Part shown: positions 25,708 through 32,000 of the stretch, piece by piece
How positions within the stretch are numbered: the first letter of the stretch is position 1
Layout of the letters: each line of letters starts with the position of its first letter
Source: Schaalia meyeri
GTDB lineage: Bacteria > Actinomycetota > Actinomycetes > Actinomycetales > Actinomycetaceae
DNA length: 32,000 nucleotides
Direction of reading: 5' to 3'
Assembly: GCF_900105015.1 (NCBI RefSeq)
Contig: NZ_FNLK01000006.1
Coordinates: forward strand, 1 to 32,000
Program-made: the position numbers and the translations under genes
The notes under the pieces: generated by a model
Told to the model about the DNA's origin: nothing
The model's database searches: none
Seen by the model: only the letters and a program-made list of their open reading frames with translations

Positions 25708-28425
25708 ATGAGTGACGCGACTTCTTTGCCCGACCTTGGTTTCCTGATCGGCCCGGATGGGGGCCGCCAGGACGACTATGTGCCGCCGCAGGCACCCGCC
25801 TTCGACGTGGAGGATGCACTGGGGGCCGACGCGTGGCCCGAGATCGCCGTTCCCGGCGGGGCGGCGGGGGAGCCGTCGGCGTGGGCAGAGCCCGGCATCG
25901 GCTTCGCGCCGCCGCGGGAGGGACACGGGGGCGGCGTGGACCCGGAGTCGCTGACGCGCGGGTTGAATGACCGTCAGCGCGAGGCGGTTGTGCACGCGGG
26001 TTCGCCGCTGTTGATTCTGGCGGGTGCGGGCTCTGGAAAGACGCGCGTGCTCACGCACAGGATCGCGTACCTGCTGGCGACGGGACGCGCCCGCGCGGGC
26101 CAGATCCTGGCGATCACCTTCACGAACAAGGCGGCGGCGGAGATGCGCGAGCGGGCGGGTGCCCTCGTGGGGGCGGACGCGCGGCGCATGTGGGTGTCCA
26201 CTTTTCACTCGGCGTGCGTGCGGCTGCTGCGCTACGAACACCAGGCGGCGGGCCTGTCCTCGTCGTTCACGATCTACGACGCGCAGGACAGCCAGCGTCT
26301 CATCCAGATGGTGCTCAAGTCCGCGGACGTGGACATTAAGCGTTTCACGCCAAAGATGGTCGCCGCACGCATCTCGGACGCGAAGAACGAGCTGATCGGT
26401 CCGGCACGCTACGCCGAGACCGCCGGCAAAGACCCGGTGTCGCGCGTCGTCGCCGACGCTTACGTCGAGTACGACAAGCGGATGCGCGCCTCGAACGCGC
26501 TGGATTTCGACGACCTGATCATGCGCACGGTCGAACTGCTGCGCGATAATCCGCTGATCGCCGAGCACTATCACCGGCGTTTCCGCCACATTCTGGTGGA
26601 CGAGTACCAGGACACGAACCACGCCCAATACGTGCTGGTGCGCGCCCTGGTGGGGGACGGGGCCGACGGCGTTGAGCCCGGCGAGCTGACGGTCGTGGGC
26701 GATTCGGACCAGTCGATTTACGCGTTCCGCGGGGCCACGATCCGTAACATCGAGGAGTTCGAGCGCGATTTTGTCGGCGCCCGCACGATCCTGCTGGAAC
26801 AGAACTATCGCTCGACGCAGAACATTTTGTCGGCCGCGAACGCGGTGATCGCCCGCAACGCGGGCAGGCGGGCGAAGAACCTGTGGACGGCCTCGGGTGA
26901 CGGCGCGCTCATCACCCTGGACGCCGCGGATTCCGAGCATGACGAGGCGCGTTTCGTCGTCGGCGAGCTCGATCGCCTGGCGGACGCGGGGGTCGAGTGG
27001 GGGGACATCGCGGTCTTTTATCGCACGAACGCCCAGTCGCGCGCCCTTGAGGAGCTGCTGGTGCGCCAGGGCATCCCGTACCGCGTGGTTGGTGGCACGC
27101 GATTTTACGAGCGCCGCGAAATCAAGGACGCGCTGGCGTACCTGCAGGTCATCGCCAACCCGGACGACACGGTTGCCGCCCGCCGAATCCTGAACGTCCC
27201 CAAGCGCGGCATCGGTGCGAAGGCCGAGGAAGCGATTGCCGCACACGCCGCACGCCACGGCATCTCCTTCGGGGCGGCGCTGCGCCACCTGTGGCAACGC
27301 GCCGGATCCCCCGCCGGAGAGGGAGCCGGCATCGACGTGGAGGCTCTCGCCCGCCCCGCCGGCGAGACCGGGGCTGGCTCGTCCGCTGCCGCGGCGATGG
27401 CGGACGGCGCCAGGGAGAAGAGCCCGGACGCGGCGCCCCCGGCAGGGACCGAGGGTGCACCGGAGGTCCGGGGCATTACCCCTCGTGCCGCGAAGTCGGC
27501 GGCCGCCTTCTGGGGACTCATCGAGGCGCTGCGAGACGCGGACTCACGCGGCGCCTCCCAGGCTGACATCCTGGAGGAGGTGTTGGATCGCACGGGCTAC
27601 CTGGCGCAGCTGCGCCGCAGCGAGGATCCGCAGGACGCCTCGCGCGTGGAGAACCTGGCGGAGCTGCACTCGGTGGCGGGCGCTTTCGCGGCCGACGCCC
27701 CGGGCGGTAGCCTCGCGGACTTCCTGGAGCGGGTGGCCCTCGTGGCGGACTCGGACCAGGTGCCATCGCTGGGCGAGCGTGGCGGTTCGGTGACCCTGAT
27801 GACGGTGCACACCGCGAAAGGACTGGAGTTTCCCGCGGTGTTCGTCACCGGGATGGAGGACGGGACGTTCCCGCACCAGCGCAGCCTCGGTGACGAGAGC
27901 GAGCTGGAGGAGGAGCGCCGCCTGGCCTACGTGGCGATCACCCGCGCGCGTGAGCGCCTGTACCTGACGCGCGCGGCTGTGCGCAGCGCGTGGGGGACGC
28001 CCCAAGAGATGCCTCCTTCGCGTTTCCTGGATGACATTCCGGCCGAGCTGTTGGACGTGCGGCGTGCGGCTACATCCGGCGAGCGCATGCGCGCCTCCTA
28101 CGGGCGGGGGCGCGGGAGTCGCGATGGGTACGACCCGTGGGGCGAGCGCGACTGTGGGGCGTTTGGCTCCGGGCGCGGTGGGGGAGCCCAGCCCGGCGGG
28201 GTGCGCAAGGTGACGCGCATGGGCGTCGCGCCCGCGGCGAAGGCGGCGGACGACAAGCCCGTGCTGGCGCTCAGCGTCGGGGATCGCATCAAGCACGCGA
28301 CCCTGGGGGCGGGGACCGTCACGGGCGTCGAGGGTGAGGGGCCGCGCACGGTGGCCCGCATTCGCTTTGGTGGGGCAGAGAAACGCCTCCTGGTGCGCAT
28401 GGCCCCGATGGAGAAGATCTCCTAG
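25708..28425 (+). CDS. pcrA: ATP-dependent DNA helicase PcrA/UvrD (SF1A)
   Basis: Motif I 'AGAGSGKT', motif II 'VDEYQDTN', motif V/VI region 'TVHTAKGLEF...RRLAYVAITRAR', and a C-terminal Tudor-like tail 'GDRIKHATLGAGTVTGVEG'. ATG at 25708 after 'ggaag'. Position upstream of sucCD as for mycobacterial uvrD1. Confidence 0.93.
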   Translation: MSDATSLPDLGFLIGPDGGRQDDYVPPQAPAFDVEDALGADAWPEIAVPGGAAGEPSAWAEPGIGFAPPREGHGGGVDPESLTRGLNDRQREAVVHAGSPLLILAGAGSGKTRVLTHRIAYLLATGRARAGQILAITFTNKAAAEMRERAGALVGADARRMWVSTFHSACVRLLRYEHQAAGLSSSFTIYDAQDSQRLIQMVLKSADVDIKRFTPKMVAARISDAKNELIGPARYAETAGKDPVSRVVADAYVEYDKRMRASNALDFDDLIMRTVELLRDNPLIAEHYHRRFRHILVDEYQDTNHAQYVLVRALVGDGADGVEPGELTVVGDSDQSIYAFRGATIRNIEEFERDFVGARTILLEQNYRSTQNILSAANAVIARNAGRRAKNLWTASGDGALITLDAADSEHDEARFVVGELDRLADAGVEWGDIAVFYRTNAQSRALEELLVRQGIPYRVVGGTRFYERREIKDALAYLQVIANPDDTVAARRILNVPKRGIGAKAEEAIAAHAARHGISFGAALRHLWQRAGSPAGEGAGIDVEALARPAGETGAGSSAAAAMADGAREKSPDAAPPAGTEGAPEVRGITPRAAKSAAAFWGLIEALRDADSRGASQADILEEVLDRTGYLAQLRRSEDPQDASRVENLAELHSVAGAFAADAPGGSLADFLERVALVADSDQVPSLGERGGSVTLMTVHTAKGLEFPAVFVTGMEDGTFPHQRSLGDESELEEERRLAYVAITRARERLYLTRAAVRSAWGTPQEMPPSRFLDDIPAELLDVRRAATSGERMRASYGRGRGSRDGYDPWGERDCGAFGSGRGGGAQPGGVRKVTRMGVAPAAKAADDKPVLALSVGDRIKHATLGAGTVTGVEGEGPRTVARIRFGGAEKRLLVRMAPMEKIS

Positions 28426-28555
28426 AGCATTGGGGGATACCGCGCGTTTGTCGGCTGTGCAACACCCCGATAGCGCGGGGAGGATGGCCGTGTCCCGCGC
28501 TGACGCGCGCTAGAATTATTGCGCTGACCGCACCACGCTCAACGGAGGGAATAAG

Positions 28556-29743
28556 GTGGATCTCTACGAGTATCAGGCCCGGCAGGTGTTTAAGGAGTAC
28601 GGCGTGCCCGTGCTGGACTACCGGCTGGCCTCGACCCCCGACGAGGCGCGCGAGGGGGCGCGCGAGCTCCTGGCGGCGGGCGCCTCGCTGCTGGTCGTCA
28701 AGGCGCAGGTCAAGACCGGTGGGCGCGGCAAGGCCGGTGGCGTGAAACTGGCCCACACGGCCGACGAGGCGGCCGAGTTGGCGCGGGCGATCCTCGGCCT
28801 CGATATCAAGGGCCACGTCGTCAGGCGCGTCATGATCGCTTCCGGTGCGAACATCGCGGCCGAGTACTATTTCTCGATCCTGCTCGACCGCTCGAACCGC
28901 CGCCACCTGGCGATGTGTTCGCGCGAGGGCGGGATGGACATCGAGACCCTCGCCAAGGAGCGCCCCGAGGCGCTCGCATGCGTGCCCTTGGACCCCGGGC
29001 GCGGCATCGACGCCGACGTGGCCCGCCGCATCGTGAGCCAGGCCGGTTTCGACCAGGCCACGGGCGAGGCCATCGTCCCCGTGGCGCAGGCCCTGTGGGA
29101 GGTGTACCGCGGCGAGGACGCCACCCTCGTGGAGGTCAACCCGCTGGTTGCCAGCCCCGACGGTTCCATCTGGGCCGTCGACGGAAAGGTCACCCTGGAC
29201 GATAACGCGCGCTTCCGTCACCCCGCTCACGCGGAGCTGGTGGACGCGGACGCGCAGGATCCCCGCGAGGCGGCGGCGAAGGACGCGGGACTGAACTACG
29301 TGCGCCTGGATGGCCAGGTCGGCGTCATCGGCAACGGCGCGGGCCTGGTCATGTCCACGCTCGACGTGGTGGCGATGGCCGGCCGGGAGTTTGGCGGGGT
29401 GAAGCCCGCGAACTTCCTGGACATCGGCGGCGGCGCCTCCGATGCGGTCATGGCTCGCGGCCTCGACATCATCCTGGGGGATGACCAGGTGCGCTCCGTG
29501 TTCGTCAACGTGTTCGGCGGCATTACGGCTTGCGATCAGGTCGCCCGCGGCATCGTCGCCGCGCTGGAGAAGCTGGGGGAGGCGGCGTCCAAGCCGATCG
29601 TCGTGCGTCTTGACGGCAACAGGGTGGAGGAGGGGCGCGCGATCCTCGCCCAGGCCGCTCACCCGCTCGTGCACATGGAAGAAACGATGGACGGCGCCGC
29701 CCGGCGCGCGGCCGAGCTCGCCGCCCAGACCCCCTCGAAGTAA
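28556..29743 (+). CDS. sucC: Succinate--CoA ligase (ADP-forming) subunit beta
   Basis: '[19 protein letters not shown]', an ATP-grasp region, then 'NFLDIGGGA'. GTG start after 'ggaggg'. -10-like TAGAAT at 28511-28516. Confidence 0.95.
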   Translation: MDLYEYQARQVFKEYGVPVLDYRLASTPDEAREGARELLAAGASLLVVKAQVKTGGRGKAGGVKLAHTADEAAELARAILGLDIKGHVVRRVMIASGANIAAEYYFSILLDRSNRRHLAMCSREGGMDIETLAKERPEALACVPLDPGRGIDADVARRIVSQAGFDQATGEAIVPVAQALWEVYRGEDATLVEVNPLVASPDGSIWAVDGKVTLDDNARFRHPAHAELVDADAQDPREAAAKDAGLNYVRLDGQVGVIGNGAGLVMSTLDVVAMAGREFGGVKPANFLDIGGGASDAVMARGLDIILGDDQVRSVFVNVFGGITACDQVARGIVAALEKLGEAASKPIVVRLDGNRVEEGRAILAQAAHPLVHMEETMDGAARRAAELAAQTPSK

Positions 29744-29770
29744 CGGCCCGATCAGCGCAGGAGACACATC

Positions 29771-30691
29771 ATGACTATCTTCGTCAACTCTGATACCCGG
29801 GTTATCGTCCAGGGCATGACGGGTGCCGAGGGGCGCAAGCACACCCAGCGCATGCTCAGCGCTGGCACCGCCGTCGTGGGTGGTACGAACCCCCGCAAGG
29901 CCGGCCAGATGGTGACCTTCGACGTGCACGGATACGGCCCTGCCGCCGGCCGCGTCCCGGAAGGCCCGGTCGAGATTCCCGTCTTTGGGACGGTCGCGGA
30001 TGCCCGCGAGGCCACGGGAGCGAACGCCTCCGTCATCTTTGTGCCCCCGGCTTTTGCCAAGGGGGCCGCCCTGGAGGCCATCGACGCGGGCATTCAGACC
30101 GTCGTGCTCATCACCGAAGGCATCCCCGTGCAGGACTCGACGATCATCGTCGAACGCGCCCTGGAGGCGGGCGTGCGCCTGATCGGCCCCAACTGCCCCG
30201 GCATCATCTCGCCCGGGCAGGCGAACCTGGGCATCACGCCGGCAAACATCACGGGCCCGGGGCGGTTGGGCCTCGTCTCCAAGTCGGGCACCCTGACCTA
30301 CCAGCTCATGTACGAGCTGCGCGACTGCGGGTTCACGACGTGCCTGGGCATCGGCGGCGACCCGGTTGTGGGTACCACCCACATCGACGCGCTGGCCGCC
30401 TTCGAGCAGGACCCGCACACCGATCTGGTCATCATGATCGGCGAGATCGGCGGCGACGCCGAAGAGCGCGCGGCCGAGTGGATCTGCCAGAACATGACGA
30501 AGCCGGTCGTCGCCTATATCGCGGGCTTCACGGCTCCCGAGGGAAAGACTATGGGGCACGCGGGCGCGATCGTGTCCGGTTCCTCCGGCACGGCCGCCGC
30601 GAAGGCTGCCGCGCTCGAGGCCGTGGGCGTTTGCGTGGGCCGCACCCCCACGCAGACCGCGCAGATCGCGCGCGCGTGGCTGACCCGGTAA
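29771..30691 (+). CDS. sucD: Succinate--CoA ligase subunit alpha
   Basis: '[15 protein letters not shown]', 'SKSGTLTYQ', phospho-His '[10 protein letters not shown]'. Confidence 0.95.
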   Translation: MTIFVNSDTRVIVQGMTGAEGRKHTQRMLSAGTAVVGGTNPRKAGQMVTFDVHGYGPAAGRVPEGPVEIPVFGTVADAREATGANASVIFVPPAFAKGAALEAIDAGIQTVVLITEGIPVQDSTIIVERALEAGVRLIGPNCPGIISPGQANLGITPANITGPGRLGLVSKSGTLTYQLMYELRDCGFTTCLGIGGDPVVGTTHIDALAAFEQDPHTDLVIMIGEIGGDAEERAAEWICQNMTKPVVAYIAGFTAPEGKTMGHAGAIVSGSSGTAAAKAAALEAVGVCVGRTPTQTAQIARAWLTR

Positions 30692-30761
30692 CGTCGCGGC
30701 GATTCAGCCCGGGGCGGCGTGCAGCGTCGCGGCCCCGGGGCGATTCTGACACTATGGGGCT

Positions 30762-32000
30762 GTGAGCGAGCACATGAGAGAAGAAGCTAACCTCCGGCGA
30801 ACCACGACCACCTACGTGCCGGACCGGGCGACGATCCGCGTCGCCGTGCCCAAGGGCTGGGCCCGCGGCGTTCTCGCGGGCGTGGAGGCGGCCTTCGCCG
30901 GCTGGGCGTCCGTCACGGTGCTCACCATGGTCGCCTACCTGACGCTGCGCTCCAACTCGTGGATGAACGACACGACTCCCCGCGACGCGCTCGGCCTCGG
31001 CGGCGATCTGTGGTCGGCCGTCGTGGGCGGCACCACGATGGTTGGGGGAGTGTCGTATCGGGCGATACCGACGCTCGCGGGCGCGCTGCTGATCGTGCTC
31101 GTGCGTATCCTGCTGCGAACGACCGCAGGCTTTCCCCGCTCTTGCGCGTTTTTTGCCGTGCCCGGTTTCCTGCTGACGTCGTGGCTGCTGGCGGGCGCGT
31201 CGGGCCAGAACTCTCACTGGTGGACGGGCACGCTGGGCGCGATCCTCATTCCGCTGATCGGCTCCGTCTGGTTCTTCGCCTCGGGATACTCGCGCGACGA
31301 TGCGGCGCCCTCGATGCAGCACTGGATTTCGGGGGGCTTCAAGATGGCAGGGCTGCTCGTGGTCGTGCTCGCGTCCGCCTCGGCGGTTGCCTCTGTCGTG
31401 GCCCTCGTGCTGGCGTGGGGACGGATGAGCGGCATCCAGGAGCTCCTGGGCGCTTCCTCAAGCATCGACACGGCGTTCATCGTGGGGGCTCAGGTCCTGT
31501 TTACCCCGACGGTCATGGCGTGGGCGGCCGCCTGGTGGTCGGGCGCGGGTTTCCTGACGGCCACCGACGCGCTGCATTCGCCCACGGTCGCGGCTGAGGG
31601 GCCGATCCCCCCGATCCCCCTCCTCGGGGCGGTCCCCACGACGGCTCCCGGGCTGTGGCTGGTCCTCGTGCCATGTGCCCTCGGCCTGGCGTTCGGCTTC
31701 GTGCTTGCGCTGACTTTTCGACGCGAGCACCTGCTCCACCAGGCCGCTCAGGGCCTCCTGGCCGCGGTCGTGTTCGCGGGCGTCACGGCGCTGTGGATGT
31801 GGAGTGCGACCATGAGCCTGGGGGCCGTGCGTCTGGCGGCGATGGGCCCGCGCGTCGGCTGGGTGACCCTGGCCCTGGTTGTCGAGATCGCGCTGCCCGC
31901 CGTGCTCGTTACACTGGCCACGCACCCGACCACGCTGGCGCTTCTCGGCGAGGGGGTGGGGCGCGTGCGCCATGGGGGCGAGGCGTTGCGTCGGCGCCGA
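30762..32000 (+). CDS. Multi-pass integral membrane protein, 3'-truncated by the window edge (probably DUF6350 / PerM-like)
   Basis: Not in the ORF track. I translated from GTG 30762 (alternative ATG 30774; in-frame stop at 30747-30749) and found no stop through 32000, i.e. 413 codons. The product is strongly hydrophobic with Trp-rich TM segments ('GWASVTVLTMVAYLTL', 'VMAWAAAWWSGAGFL'). The position after sucD matches mycobacterial perM (Rv0955) synteny as I recall it. Confidence 0.72.
   Translation, partial: MSEHMREEANLRRTTTTYVPDRATIRVAVPKGWARGVLAGVEAAFAGWASVTVLTMVAYLTLRSNSWMNDTTPRDALGLGGDLWSAVVGGTTMVGGVSYRAIPTLAGALLIVLVRILLRTTAGFPRSCAFFAVPGFLLTSWLLAGASGQNSHWWTGTLGAILIPLIGSVWFFASGYSRDDAAPSMQHWISGGFKMAGLLVVVLASASAVASVVALVLAWGRMSGIQELLGASSSIDTAFIVGAQVLFTPTVMAWAAAWWSGAGFLTATDALHSPTVAAEGPIPPIPLLGAVPTTAPGLWLVLVPCALGLAFGFVLALTFRREHLLHQAAQGLLAAVVFAGVTALWMWSATMSLGAVRLAAMGPRVGWVTLALVVEIALPAVLVTLATHPTTLALLGEGVGRVRHGGEALRRRR

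Noticed and set aside
23813-27297. Minus-strand ORFs 23813..25819 (668 aa) and 25693..27297 (534 aa).
   Set aside because: They are antisense to the DUF1846 gene and to pcrA. The composition is arginine-rich low complexity with no domains, and they span intergenic regions without start-site support.
28319-30559. 746-aa minus-strand ORF, the longest in the track.
   Set aside because: It is exactly antisense to sucC and sucD, which have unmistakable homology. Its product is an R/G/A/D/H-rich string with no motifs. This is the classic stop-codon-poor shadow frame of high-GC DNA.

Overview
High-G+C actinobacterial chromosomal segment. Gene content and order (pmt / rsmI / metG; pcrA-sucC-sucD-PerM-like) and the phylum-specific 23S insertion fit an Actinomycetaceae-like genome, but I cannot name the species. 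Left to right: the 3' end of an rrn operon (partial 23S, long CA-rich spacer, 5S, CA-rich trailer); an FMN reductase; protein O-mannosyltransferase (pmt). Then a TroA/ZnuA-type metal ABC operon whose binding-protein gene carries an in-frame TGA; rsmI; an AT-rich intergenic island with six phased TGGATAGG repeats; pncA; metG. Then a sucrose-type PTS cluster (GH32 hydrolase, EIIBCA, LacI regulator, ptsH, ptsI); a PspC-domain/LiaFSR-like envelope-stress module (membrane protein, PspC-LiaF-like protein, PspC-fused histidine kinase, LuxR regulator); a DUF1846 protein; pcrA; sucC; sucD. Last is a multi-pass membrane protein ORF that runs off the window and is missing from the ORF track. I found no tRNA, CRISPR array, transposase/integrase, prophage or recognisable defence genes, so this is mostly core genome. 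Many long ORFs in the track are antisense or off-frame shadows typical of high-GC DNA. The features least explained by ordinary annotation are the TGGATAGG repeat array at 9552-9651, the in-frame stop at 5665-5667, the extreme C+A tracts around the 5S gene, a structured ptsH leader, and the poorly understood PspC module. I cannot show that any of them is a new system; each is given with a test.
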